From the IMG/VR virus record IMGVR_UViG_3300020577_008668, positions 15,616 through 79,615 of that record: a stretch of 64,000 nucleotides of DNA; one strand, given 5' to 3'. The stretch comes from a virus (Duplodnaviria; Caudoviricetes). Below, piece by piece: positions 1 through 9,100 of the stretch. Both the position numbers and the translations under genes were made by a program. The notes beneath the pieces are model-generated. The model was not told where the DNA came from, did not search any database, and saw nothing but the letters and a program-made list of their open reading frames with translations. Numbering within the stretch: position 1 is the first letter of the stretch; every line of letters starts with the position of its first letter.

Positions 1-26
1 ACGCTGTAGAGTGGAATTTTGATGTT

Positions 27-278
27 ATGTCGGATAATGAAGAAGTTATAGAAAAAGTAATGAATGGTGAGCTTTCTGATGAGGGAGCTATCAAGTCTGG
101 TTTGGCGAATCTTCACATGTCAGTGCTTGCAAGGATTGGGGATGTGGCATGGTCTGATCGTGTCCTGAATCCTGAGGTTTGCCAGGAGCGCCGGGAGTTT
201 GACTTGATCGTTCCTGAGGCTAAGGATGTTGATTTAGATGAGATTCGTCGTGAAATGGATGAGTGGAAGGACAAATGA
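27..278 (+). CDS. hypothetical protein
   Basis: 83-aa ORF; stop overlaps the next ATG (ATGA at 275-278). Confidence 0.55.
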   Translation: MSDNEEVIEKVMNGELSDEGAIKSGLANLHMSVLARIGDVAWSDRVLNPEVCQERREFDLIVPEAKDVDLDEIRREMDEWKDK

Positions 279-939
279 GACCGACCGCCGAACAGATGGG
301 GCGAATGAACTGGGCTGTGCGTCCGTCTGCAACCAATCGAACCGAAAGAGATCAACCATGGTCCGACCATCCCGACTGCGCTTCCCCTGTCATCGGTGAC
401 TTTCTCCGCTCATGGAACGACGGTCTCGACGGTGACACCCGGCAGCAGTTGAAGCGGTACATTCCCCGCCTGGTCGGCTCGAAGGGCACTACAGCGCAGG
501 AAGATCATCGAGCGTGGATGGCGGTCGACTGGTACAGGCCCCGGCGTGGTTGCGTCTGGCTGGGATGGTCGATCAAGCGAATCTGCTCGCCGGGTTGGAC
601 GTAGTCTCTGTTGAGACGTATGTGTCGATTGAACCGACGTTGCGGGCGGTACGACGCTACGCTGTGACTACTTCGTCCGCTGTAGTGGACGAAGTCGTGG
701 ACGCTGCTTCGGACGCTGCTGTCTCCGCTGCTGTACCTGCTGCTTTGAATGCCGCTTCGTCCGCTGGAGTGCCCGCTGCTCGGAATGCTGCAACGGTCGC
801 TGCTTTGGACGCTGCTTGTTTCGCTACCGTGTCCGCTGGTGAGTCACCGTCCGCTTTGCAACCCACCGTGATCGAACTGCAAGCATCCGCCCATGATCTT
901 ATTGACCGAATGTTTGCCGTCACCGAGGCCGCAGCGTGA
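275..939 (+). pseudogene. frameshifted, N-terminally chimeric paralogue of the 2153-2968 Ala-repeat gene
   Basis: 354-396 is identical to 2262-2304 and 491-523 is identical to 2399-2431. An 8-nt segment (tacaggcc, ~533-540) replaces 18 nt of the intact copy, splitting the gene into ORFs 263-604 and 514-939. The C-terminus QPTVIELQASAHDLIDRMFAVTE matches APTVTELQTSAHDLIDRMLAVTE. Confidence 0.8.
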
Positions 940-992
940 CCCGCCCCGTTCTCTACATCGCCGGTCACCCCACATGCGGAGTCGACCGATGA
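936..992 (+). pseudogene. truncated gene start MTRPVLYIAG (copy 1)
   Basis: 936-964 matches 2968-2996 (2 mismatches after the first base); the frame stops after 18 aa. Confidence 0.6.
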
Positions 993-1171
993 CCGCCTAC
1001 CTGATCCCCGAAATCTGGTGCGACAACTGTGGGACAAGAGCTCAAGCAGACGACGAGTGCACGACACGGGGCCTGCGTCAGCACTTGAGCGAGGACCGAG
1101 AATGGGTGCGTCGCCGAATCTCCGGGGAACTACATGACATCTGCGGACGTTGCGTCGAGGGCGACCAATGA
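989..1171 (+). CDS. small Cys-rich putative Zn-binding protein
   Basis: ATG overlaps the upstream stop; WCDNC...W...DICGRC pattern; high-GC codons. Confidence 0.65.
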   Translation: MTAYLIPEIWCDNCGTRAQADDECTTRGLRQHLSEDREWVRRRISGELHDICGRCVEGDQ

Positions 1172-1419
1172 GCGTTGAGCAACGCACCGCCGTCCGTATC
1201 ACCTGCGACGCACACCGTTGCCCTGCCACATGCCCACCCGTCGGACACGGTCCCGAATGGTGGGTGCAGAACGACCAGGCGGAATCGGAAGCGATCGCTG
1301 AGATGGTCGCAACCGGGTCCGGGTGGCAGGTGCAACCTCTCGGCCCGTGGTCGGTGCTACATTTCTGCCCCGATCATTCATCACACATCAATGACCAAGA
1401 AGAAGGAGAACAGTTATGA
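1168..1419 (+). CDS. small Cys/His putative Zn-binding protein
   Basis: ITCDAHRC...GW...HFCPDH; ATGA overlaps at both ends. Confidence 0.65.
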   Translation: MSVEQRTAVRITCDAHRCPATCPPVGHGPEWWVQNDQAESEAIAEMVATGSGWQVQPLGPWSVLHFCPDHSSHINDQEEGEQL

Positions 1420-1724
1420 CCGAGTCAATCATGGTGGACGGCGTCAAGTTCGTCCCGGAGGCCGTCACGTCAAGCGGGGTGCGCATCGTTGTCTTGCAAC
1501 GGGGCTGGGTCGTCGTCGGCGCCTACTCCGAGGATGGCGACGAGGTGCTGGTGACATCGGCGAAGGTGATCCGCCGCTGGGGGACCACCCAGGGGATCGG
1601 GGAACTGGTTGATGGTCCGACCAAGGACACTGTGTTGGATCTGGCTGGGACGGTGCGGGCGCACCGGTTGGGCGTGTTGTTCACGCTGGATTGTGATGGC
1701 GATGCCTGGCGGGATCACCTGTGA
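1416..1724 (+). CDS. conserved phage protein (DUF6948-like by recall)
   Basis: RIVVLQRGWVVVG...AKVIRRWGTTQGIGEL; RBS gaaggaga upstream; followed by a GYG-repeat ORF as is typical of this family. Confidence 0.7.
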   Translation: MTESIMVDGVKFVPEAVTSSGVRIVVLQRGWVVVGAYSEDGDEVLVTSAKVIRRWGTTQGIGELVDGPTKDTVLDLAGTVRAHRLGVLFTLDCDGDAWRDHL

Positions 1725-1963
1725 TGGTGGCCGTGATGTCGTTCGGTGAGGACGCTCACGCTGCTATCGGCATCGGCTACGGCCACGGCTACGGCTACGG
1801 CACCGGCTACGGTGACGGCTACGGCGACGGCTACGGCCGCGGGGATGGCTACGGCTACGGCCACGGCTACGGCTACGGCACCGGCTACGGTGACGGCTAC
1901 GGCTACGGCTACGGCCACGGCTACGGCTACGGCTACGGCTACGGCTCCGGTTGCGGGTGGTGA
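1721..1963 (+). CDS. Gly-Tyr repeat (GYGDGYG) low-complexity protein
   Basis: 80-aa ORF, mostly GY/GD/GH dipeptides; coupled to the upstream gene. Confidence 0.65.
   Translation: MMVAVMSFGEDAHAAIGIGYGHGYGYGTGYGDGYGDGYGRGDGYGYGHGYGYGTGYGDGYGYGYGHGYGYGYGYGSGCGW
1775..1945 (+). repeat. tandem ggctac-based hexamer repeat
   Basis: direct reading; encodes (GY)n. Confidence 0.95.
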
Positions 1964-2115
1964 CCGTGATGTTGTTCGGTGAGGACGCTCACGCTGCTAT
2001 CGGCATCGGTGATGGCTACGGCTACGGCTACGGTGATGTCGCTCCGAGAAACCAACCCATGACCGCACCTGTGTTCCAACATTTCTGCCCCGACTATCAC
2101 ACCGAGGAACCCTGA
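1960..2115 (+). pseudogene. chimeric fragment: shortened GYG gene fused to a copy of the 1168-1419 C-terminus
   Basis: 1974-2009 is identical to 1741-1776 (36 nt); 2079-2093 is identical to 1359-1373 (acatttctgccccga, HFCPD). Confidence 0.65.
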
Positions 2116-2152
2116 TGACTGACCGACCTTTGTCCCCGAAGGAGAACGATAA

Positions 2153-2968
2153 GTGACCACCCGAACTCTTGATCTTGACACGCTTGTCCTCGCCGTTGGA
2201 GCCCATTCAGCGACGAAAGACGACATGTGTGTCATGGAGGCTGTAGCGTTCATCGCTGGCGAACCATGGTCCGACCATCCCGACTGCGCTTCCCCTGTCA
2301 TCGGAGCGTTCCTCCGCACCTGGAACGACTCACTTCCCGACGCCGACCGTCAGACGTTGAAGCAGTACATCCCGCGCCTCGTCGGCTCGAAGGGCACCAC
2401 AGCGCAGGAAGATCATCGAGCGTGGATGGCGTTGGATTGGTTGGTGCGGGTGCACACTCCGGCGTGGTTGCGGTTGGCGGGTTTGGTCGATCAGGCGGAT
2501 CTGCTCGCTGGTCTCGCTGAGGTGGATGCGGGGACGTGTCCGTCGATCAAGCCGATGTTGGAAGCGGTGCGCATGGACGCTGCCGCCGCTTGGGCCGTCG
2601 TTCGGGCCGTCGCTTGGGCCGTCGCTCGGGACGCCGCTCGGGATGCCGCTTGGGACGCCGCTCGGGACGCCGCTCGGGACGCCGCTCGGGACGCCGCTCG
2701 GGATGCCGCTTGGGACGCCGCTGGGGACGCCGCTTGGGCCGTCGCTGGGGATGCCGCTCGGGGCGCCGCTCGGGGCGCCGCTCGGGATGCCGCTGGGGCC
2801 GTCGCTTGGGCCGTCGCTGGGGATGCCGCTCGGGGCGCCGCTCGGGATGCCGCTCGGGACGCCGCTCGGGATGCCGCTCGGGACGCCCTCGCTCCCACCG
2901 TGACCGAACTCCAAACCTCAGCGCATGACCTCATCGACCGGATGCTCGCCGTCACCGAAACAGCATAA
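2153..2968 (+). CDS. actinophage protein with (DAAR/DAAW)n repeat, function unknown
   Basis: intact 271-aa ORF with RBS gaaggaga; MCVMEAVAFIAGEPWSDHPDCASPVI N-domain plus Ala-rich repeat. Confidence 0.8.
   Translation: MTTRTLDLDTLVLAVGAHSATKDDMCVMEAVAFIAGEPWSDHPDCASPVIGAFLRTWNDSLPDADRQTLKQYIPRLVGSKGTTAQEDHRAWMALDWLVRVHTPAWLRLAGLVDQADLLAGLAEVDAGTCPSIKPMLEAVRMDAAAAWAVVRAVAWAVARDAARDAAWDAARDAARDAARDAARDAAWDAAGDAAWAVAGDAARGAARGAARDAAGAVAWAVAGDAARGAARDAARDAARDAARDALAPTVTELQTSAHDLIDRMLAVTETA
2575..2886 (+). repeat. 12-nt tandem coding repeat (gacgccgctcgg variants)
   Basis: direct reading; in-frame 4-aa units. Confidence 0.95.
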
Positions 2969-3081
2969 TGACCCGCCCTGTCCTCTACATCGCCGGGCCG
3001 TACACCGCGCCGGACCCATCACAACGTGCACAAGGCGGTGATGTTCGCTTCCCACTCAATGGGGAATTATGGTCTAGGTAA
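2968..3081 (+). pseudogene. truncated/frameshifted gene start MTRPVLYIAGPYTAPDP (copy 2; DUF4406/nucleoside deoxyribosyltransferase-like start)
   Basis: YIAGPY motif; the continuation HNVHKAVMFA lies in another frame; sequence turns AT-richer at ~3050. Confidence 0.55.
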
Positions 3082-3090
3082 CAAAAGCGG

Positions 3091-3480
3091 ATGTTATCAT
3101 CCGCTATGGATTTTGACGGGGTTACCCTAACTTGCACACTAGAAACTTGGACTCCAGAAATTTTTTTTAGTAACAGGAAGAAGTGCTATCAACAAGTGAA
3201 ACAGTCTAGGGAAATTTTTGACCATCTACCTCACGACAATAAAGAGGCAGTCCTCGATATGATTAAGCGAGCCCTTTTTCTAGCGGCGGACGAAGTTGAG
3301 CTATGGGTTCCTTCAGCTTTTTCATCCGATAGGATTTCGGATACTTTAGTTGTTCAGTTGAAACTTTCAGCATCTCAAGTCGATGCAGCTATTGCTGATC
3401 GGAAAAAATACACATCTAAACGACTAGCTGAGATAATTGCTGAAGTAGAAGCTGACTTAGACGAGTTTGATGTTTCATGA
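3091..3480 (+). CDS. hypothetical protein
   Basis: 129-aa ORF with ATGA overlap to the resolvase; true start may be 3106. Confidence 0.7.
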   Translation: MLSSAMDFDGVTLTCTLETWTPEIFFSNRKKCYQQVKQSREIFDHLPHDNKEAVLDMIKRALFLAADEVELWVPSAFSSDRISDTLVVQLKLSASQVDAAIADRKKYTSKRLAEIIAEVEADLDEFDVS

Positions 3481-3869
3481 AACCCTCAACGGCTAAGGCG
3501 AAAGGGCGTGAATGTGAAAAGGCTTGGGTTAATTTCCTGAAAGAGAATGGTGTTCCTAACGCCGAACGACGACGACTCAACGGAGTCGAGGATCGTGGAG
3601 ACATTTCGGGCTGGAATTCATCGGAGGCTCAGGAACATGGTGGATGGCGGATTTGTTCCGAGGTGAAATCGGGTGGAGTAATTAAAACAGCTGAATGGTT
3701 GAGAGAGCTAAAGGCAGAGATCACAAACGATAATTCTGACTCTGGTCATATCGTTGTGCGTCCCAAGGGGAAGCCTCGGGTTGAGGATTGGTTCGTGATC
3801 ATGGACGTTCTCGGCTTTATGGATTTAATGAGTCGAGCCGGTTTCATCCCATGGCAGCCAGATGATTGA
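3477..3869 (+). CDS. Holliday junction resolvase (PD-(D/E)XK, actinophage type)
   Basis: AKAKGRECEK...AERRRLNGVEDRGDI...EVK motif. Confidence 0.8.
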   Translation: MKPSTAKAKGRECEKAWVNFLKENGVPNAERRRLNGVEDRGDISGWNSSEAQEHGGWRICSEVKSGGVIKTAEWLRELKAEITNDNSDSGHIVVRPKGKPRVEDWFVIMDVLGFMDLMSRAGFIPWQPDD

Positions 3870-4095
3870 CGCATTTGGTCAGGAGCTTTATGAGGGTGAT
3901 AAAGTTGTAGCAATTGCTACTATGAAATCTACGCAGACCTTGTATAAGGGAACTGTCGTAGGTTTTTCTGGTTCTTGTGTTAATGTGAGAATGGATGAGA
4001 TGTCTAACTGTGATACTTTTTGGTTTGATATCTATCAGCCTGAACAGGGAGAAGAAAAGCGCATCTGCGTGTCTCATAGATTGGCAAAGATATGA
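3862..4095 (+). CDS. hypothetical protein (SH3-like pattern)
   Basis: IDAFGQELYEGDKVV...YKGTVVGF. Confidence 0.65.
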   Translation: MIDAFGQELYEGDKVVAIATMKSTQTLYKGTVVGFSGSCVNVRMDEMSNCDTFWFDIYQPEQGEEKRICVSHRLAKI

Positions 4096-4811
4096 AGCTC
4101 GTTGTAGGGTGTCCTGTGTCAAATCGGAACTGGATTCTTCCTGAGTGGAATCAGCATGTTCTTTCATCTGTGTTTGATCTGGTAGAGAGAGATAGTAGAG
4201 ACTGGGACCTAGAGTACGCTTTTGTTGTTCCATCTGGAGACACTGAAACGCTTTCTGTTTTATCTTCTTTTGATACCTCCACCTTTACTTTGACGAGAGA
4301 TGAGCCTGAAGTTGCTGTTCGTCGTCGTTGGGGGCCTGATCGTTATCAGAATATGGTAGAATCAAGAAATGCTCTTTTGGGGCTTGTTAGGGAACTTTCT
4401 CCTGATTTTTTCCTTTCACTGGATTCAGATATTCTTTTGCATCCTACTGCCATTTCAAAAGCTTTAGAATTATTCAGGGATGGGGTTTGGGCAGTAGGAT
4501 TAGCAACGTACTTAACTCCCCGAGGGAATACTGTTCCTAATATGGGAAGTTGGTTGGATCAATCCTATATTAGATACTCTCGAAAAGATTACCCTGAAGC
4601 TACAACCTGTGATATTCTGATGGCAGCTAAGTTAATGAAACCTGAAGCATACCAAGTCGATTACGAGTATCACCGCTCAGGAGAAGACTTGGGTTGGTCT
4701 AGGGCTCTGAAAAGGGCAGGTGGTAAAGTTATGTGGGATGGTAGGGTGAAGAATAAGCATGTGATGGAGCCTGAGCATCTCTCTCAGGTAGATGAGAGGG
4801 TCGGGTTCTGA
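4092..4811 (+). CDS. GT-A fold glycosyltransferase
   Basis: KLVVGCPV start, RNALL, FFLSLDSDILL (DxD), late GEDLGW. Confidence 0.8.
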   Translation: MKLVVGCPVSNRNWILPEWNQHVLSSVFDLVERDSRDWDLEYAFVVPSGDTETLSVLSSFDTSTFTLTRDEPEVAVRRRWGPDRYQNMVESRNALLGLVRELSPDFFLSLDSDILLHPTAISKALELFRDGVWAVGLATYLTPRGNTVPNMGSWLDQSYIRYSRKDYPEATTCDILMAAKLMKPEAYQVDYEYHRSGEDLGWSRALKRAGGKVMWDGRVKNKHVMEPEHLSQVDERVGF

Positions 4812-5581
4812 TGGATTTACAACTTATAGTGGTGAACTATCACACCTACCCTCTGCTTCAGCAGTTTATTGATTCTTATGAGGAGTTTAAGCCATCCATT
4901 AATTCAAGCCTGTTGATCTATGATGTAGAGTCTACTCCCGAGATTCATGATATCCGCAAATATGGGAATGAATTGATTAGAGATGCAAAAAATTGCGGGT
5001 ACGCTAGGGCCTGTAACTATGGTACCTTCTTAAGTGGTAGGGCTAGAAACTTTGCTTTCTTCAATGCTGATACTCGATTCAATAATGAGAGTTGTGTGGA
5101 TTATTGTGTGGACTTTCTGGATAGTAATGATAATGTGGCTGTTGTTGGGCCTTTGCAGTATTCCTCCAGCGGGAAGACGACTCATGGTGGGATATTTGGT
5201 AGCAACGAGAAACCGGCCTTTCGGCACTGGAACAAACCTGTCTCTGACTCTGTAAGAGATAATAGGGAGGCTGTGACTGTCTCAGGGTCAGCCTATTTTG
5301 TAAAGGGGATGGTGTGGAGAGAAATGAGGAATTGTCCGGTATTTCGGCATGCTTTTCCTTCTGCTATAGGGGGTTTCCCTGACCTTCCTCACGGGTATGA
5401 AGAAACATTGTTTTCTTACCACAGCAGAGCACATGGTTACGAAGTTTGGTATTTGGGTAAAGCAGAAATGGAGCATGACTGGCATCAGTCCTCTCCGGTG
5501 GGGTCTCAGTCAGATAAGTTCAAAGAGGGACGAGAGCGGTTTAGATCGTTCTGTAGAGCACATGGGATAGAATGTGATTGA
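4811..5581 (+). CDS. GT2 glycosyltransferase (WbbL-like)
   Basis: IVVNYHT, NCGYARACN, FAFFNADT, VSGSA, YEET. Confidence 0.85.
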   Translation: MDLQLIVVNYHTYPLLQQFIDSYEEFKPSINSSLLIYDVESTPEIHDIRKYGNELIRDAKNCGYARACNYGTFLSGRARNFAFFNADTRFNNESCVDYCVDFLDSNDNVAVVGPLQYSSSGKTTHGGIFGSNEKPAFRHWNKPVSDSVRDNREAVTVSGSAYFVKGMVWREMRNCPVFRHAFPSAIGGFPDLPHGYEETLFSYHSRAHGYEVWYLGKAEMEHDWHQSSPVGSQSDKFKEGRERFRSFCRAHGIECD

Positions 5582-6218
5582 TGTAGTTATTGCCTGGAAC
5601 CCTCGAACCACTGATCCTTGGAGATGTCGCTCCAGGGAATTTGTGCTTTCTATGTGGGAGTCTTACGGGTACACTGTGATATGGGGACTGGATGATTCTG
5701 AGCCCTTTAACATTTCTAAGGCTAAGAATAACGGGGTTCGTCAAGCTTCATCTAGTAAAGTTGTCATAGCTGACGCTGATGTTGTCATTAGCAAGCAGCA
5801 GGTTGAAGAGGCTCTTGCTAAAGAGCATTGGGTTATTCCGTACGAAACTTATTTCAACTTAACTCAAGCCCATACGAAAGAATTTCTTGACGGCGTTCGG
5901 GAACTAGGTGATTGCCAGTGGGATCATCGCATACTTTCTTGGGCTGGCATGATGGTTGTTGAAAGGCAAGCCTACTGGGATGTTGGTGGGCATGATGAAA
6001 ACTTTAGTGGATGGGGATGGGAAGATGTAGCCTTGCGGTTGGCTCTAGATAATCTTTACTTTCAGCATGAAAGGGTAGCTGGGGGTATTTATCATCTGTG
6101 GCATCCTGTTTCTGAAGTTGAGACTTTCGGATCAGATGATTGTGCTCGAAACAAAGCTCTCTTTAAAAAAGAGTATAAGGATAGGTATAACTGGAGAGAT
6201 GAGAGGTTAAAGTGGTAA
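5574..6218 (+). CDS. glycosyltransferase with GT7 C-terminal (galactosyltransferase-like) domain
   Basis: FNISKAKNNG, VIADAD, VGGHDENFSGWGWED, HLWH. Confidence 0.85.
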   Translation: MIDVVIAWNPRTTDPWRCRSREFVLSMWESYGYTVIWGLDDSEPFNISKAKNNGVRQASSSKVVIADADVVISKQQVEEALAKEHWVIPYETYFNLTQAHTKEFLDGVRELGDCQWDHRILSWAGMMVVERQAYWDVGGHDENFSGWGWEDVALRLALDNLYFQHERVAGGIYHLWHPVSEVETFGSDDCARNKALFKKEYKDRYNWRDERLKW

Positions 6219-7030
6219 TCTATCTTGACAAATTTGTTGGTCGGTTGGGCAATCAGCTTTTCCAAATAGCTTCCACGGTTGGAATTGCCCGACTGAGGGG
6301 GCTTGAGCCGCGTTTTCCTGAATGGGATTATGCTCCAGTTTTCAATATTCCTGAAGAGTTCTTTGAGTCGTTCGATGATGAGCTTAGAATGAATGTTCTA
6401 GATTGCGCTAGTGAGTTGGATGAACGTGAACGAGTTTACTTACAGAACGTACAGTACTTTGATCATGTAAGAGAAGAGATCCTTCAAATGTTTTCACCAT
6501 CTTCTGCTGCTGAAGATATTATTGATCCATCTGTGAGAACTTTGCGGGAAATTTCACAAACAGGATCAGTTCTTTCAATTCATGTCCGTCGAGGTGACAT
6601 TCTTTCTCATCCTGAGTATCATCCTGTTCGTAGCATCCAGTATTATGCTGATGCTCTCGAAGAGGTTGGTTCTTATGACTCGGTTGCTGTTTTTTCTGAT
6701 GACGTAGAATGGTGTGCTAAAGTTCTTGCTCCTAAGCTCGGTCTGAGGGTGGATTTTTATGGGTCAGGGATTTCTCGTTCCCCTATCCCCTCTCAGTATG
6801 AGAAGGATGGGCCAGTTGATTGGCAGGATTTATTTTTAATGAAAGCCTGTTCTTCTCATGTCATTTCTAATTCCACTTACGCTTGGTGGGGGGCGTATCT
6901 TTCAGAGGATAAGCATCCGATCTATCCCTCTAACTGGTTTGGTCGTGAGCTACAAAATCAGGCTCATCCTGAGTTGCTTTTTCCCGATTTGTGGATTCAG
7001 GTGCATGATGACACGCAGGGAGGCATTTGA
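6212..7030 (+). CDS. GT11 alpha-1,2-fucosyltransferase-like
   Basis: GRLGNQLFQ, SIHVRRGD, VFSDDVEWC, ISNSTYAWWGAYL; GTG start. Confidence 0.92.
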   Translation: MVIYLDKFVGRLGNQLFQIASTVGIARLRGLEPRFPEWDYAPVFNIPEEFFESFDDELRMNVLDCASELDERERVYLQNVQYFDHVREEILQMFSPSSAAEDIIDPSVRTLREISQTGSVLSIHVRRGDILSHPEYHPVRSIQYYADALEEVGSYDSVAVFSDDVEWCAKVLAPKLGLRVDFYGSGISRSPIPSQYEKDGPVDWQDLFLMKACSSHVISNSTYAWWGAYLSEDKHPIYPSNWFGRELQNQAHPELLFPDLWIQVHDDTQGGI

Positions 7031-7656
7031 TGCTGTTCGAATGGGGTGATGTTACCAAATATTTTCAAAAGACAATTACGGGTGTTCTTCATGTAGGAGC
7101 CCATTTAGCTGAAGAAGCTCCTCTTTACGAGGACTTGGGGGTTTCTAATGTTTGGTGGGTTGAAGGTAATCCTTCGGTCATGGTTAAGCTGGATCACATT
7201 TTAAGAAGCTATCCTTCTCATCGGTACGTCCAAGCTCTCGTCTTTGAAGAAGATGGGGTTGAGCTAGATTTCCATGTGACGAATATTGACGGAATGAGTT
7301 CTTCTATTTACGAATTCGGGACTCATACTCAGTTTAGTCCAGACATTGAATTTGTTCAGCATTTCAAGCTTTTAACGAAGACCATTGATACAATTGTTGA
7401 GGAAAATAACATAGAGGACATCAACCTTATCAACTTGGATCTCCAAGGGGCGGAGTTGCCTGCTCTTAAGGGTGCTTCAAAACTTCTCGAAGGAGTTGAT
7501 TACATTTTGACTGAGGTTAATAAAGCTGAGGTTTATAAGGGGTGCACTAAGATTCAGGAACTTGGTGAGTTCTTGGAGGATTTCGTTAGAGTTGAGACTC
7601 ATTGGGTAGCTAACCAAGGGTGGGGCGACGCTCTATTTGTTAGGCGGGAGTCGTGA
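7027..7656 (+). CDS. FkbM-family SAM methyltransferase
   Basis: GVLHVGAHLAEE, SSSI, LINLDLQGAEL, TEVN. Confidence 0.88.
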   Translation: MMLFEWGDVTKYFQKTITGVLHVGAHLAEEAPLYEDLGVSNVWWVEGNPSVMVKLDHILRSYPSHRYVQALVFEEDGVELDFHVTNIDGMSSSIYEFGTHTQFSPDIEFVQHFKLLTKTIDTIVEENNIEDINLINLDLQGAELPALKGASKLLEGVDYILTEVNKAEVYKGCTKIQELGEFLEDFVRVETHWVANQGWGDALFVRRES

Positions 7657-8393
7657 CTAACATTCATGTTTTGATCCCTTCATATAATTGTGCTCAGTGG
7701 GTTGAGCGGGCTTTAGATTCTGTAGAGGATCAGTCTTTCCAGCCTAAAAGTGTCCTACTGATAGATGATTGTTCAGACGAGCCAAACTATTCGCAGTTAG
7801 CTTTACAACAGTGTCAAAATAGAGGGTACTCTTATCTTCGAAATAATGTGAACGAAAAATGTCCTTATAATCTTTGGATGGGAGTGAAAGTCCTCAATCC
7901 AGATCCTGAGGATGTTATTTTCTTACTTGATGGGGATGATTTTCTTCCCGCCCCAGGAACTTTAGCTAGAATAGCTGAGGTGTATGCAGATCCGAATGTG
8001 TGGCTTACGTATGGCAACTATGAGCCGTACCCGGTAAATACTGGTCAGGTAGCTGCTTCTTCCTACGACATAGATGTCATTCAGGAAAGAAATTTTCGTC
8101 AATCAGGGAATTTTTTCAATCATCCAATAACTTTTCGGCGGTTCTTGTTCGACGAGATCAGGGATGAGGACCTGAAAACAAACGATGGTAGATGGTTTCG
8201 TGGAGGTTACGACTTTGCTATAATGATGCCAATGTTAGAGATGTGTGGTCAAGAGCACTTTTGTTTTATCGACGAAGTTTTGTACATCTATAATGCCATC
8301 AACCCTATTTCCGATTCTCATGTCAATGTGAAGTTGATTAATGAAACGGATCAGCTTCGTAAACGCCCTAAGAGGGAAAGGTTGATTAGATGA
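7653..8393 (+). CDS. GT2 glycosyltransferase
   Basis: LIPSYNC, LIDDCS, FLLDGDDFL, DFAIMMPMLE. Confidence 0.88.
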   Translation: MTNIHVLIPSYNCAQWVERALDSVEDQSFQPKSVLLIDDCSDEPNYSQLALQQCQNRGYSYLRNNVNEKCPYNLWMGVKVLNPDPEDVIFLLDGDDFLPAPGTLARIAEVYADPNVWLTYGNYEPYPVNTGQVAASSYDIDVIQERNFRQSGNFFNHPITFRRFLFDEIRDEDLKTNDGRWFRGGYDFAIMMPMLEMCGQEHFCFIDEVLYIYNAINPISDSHVNVKLINETDQLRKRPKRERLIR

Positions 8394-9100
8394 TCTCATT
8401 CACTCAACATTGTCAGGCAGAAAGTCCGATGAACGTCTTCTCTCAAAATGGGGAAGATGGGGTTATTCAGGCTATTTTTGACTTGATTAAGCCTGAGACT
8501 ATGACATGCATGGAATTCGGAGCCGCCGACGGGTTCTTTTGCTCAAATACAGCTTATCTTTGGAGTAGGTGTGGGTGGGAGGCTACTTTAGTAGAGTCAG
8601 ATAATGTCCTTTTTAAGGGGCTAGAACAAGCAACTAAGCGAAGTGATAAAGTCAGATCATTTCATGACATGGTTACTAACCCAGACGATTTCTGCCCAGA
8701 AGTTTTGGATCTGATCTCCATAGATGTAGATGGGGAAGATTTTAACATTTGGGAACGATCAAAGGTTCGTCATAGGGTTGTTGTTATTGAGCATAATCCT
8801 ACTTTCCCTCCTCATGTGGAGATGCACGCCGGACAGTGGGTCGGGGCATCAGCAGCTTCCTTGGTGCGATTGGGTGAGTTGAAGGGGTATAGTTTCCTTA
8901 TGGCAACTAAAACAAACTGCTTCTTTGTGAGAAACGAAGATGCTGAAGTGTTTGACCGGTTTGACTGTTCCTTAAGAAATAACTTCGAGTCCTCTAGTCT
9001 TAACTATGTTGTCACTGATTATCATGGAAACTTTGACGTAGTGGGTTCCCTCCCCTATGGGATGAACTGGAAAGTAGAGTTTGGAATGCATTATGAGTGA
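8390..9100 (+). CDS. FkbM-like SAM methyltransferase
   Basis: FSQNGEDGVI, MEFGAADG, ISIDVDGEDFNIW, VIEHN. Confidence 0.82.
   Translation: MISFTQHCQAESPMNVFSQNGEDGVIQAIFDLIKPETMTCMEFGAADGFFCSNTAYLWSRCGWEATLVESDNVLFKGLEQATKRSDKVRSFHDMVTNPDDFCPEVLDLISIDVDGEDFNIWERSKVRHRVVVIEHNPTFPPHVEMHAGQWVGASAASLVRLGELKGYSFLMATKTNCFFVRNEDAEVFDRFDCSLRNNFESSSLNYVVTDYHGNFDVVGSLPYGMNWKVEFGMHYE

Noticed and set aside
354-2440. Diversity-generating retroelement (TR/VR pair)
   Set aside because: Mismatches between the copies involve all bases, not just adenines, and no reverse transcriptase is in the window.
1775-2886. CRISPR-like arrays
   Set aside because: These are 6- and 12-nt in-frame coding tandem repeats with no unique spacers. 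The exonuclease at 49143 sits in a recombination module, not a cas operon.
2227-2955. Long alternative-frame and antisense ORFs (poly-AT, SGVP, RAAS, GTPL, RRSG)
   Set aside because: Shadows of stop-free GC-rich repeats; no RBS or coupling.
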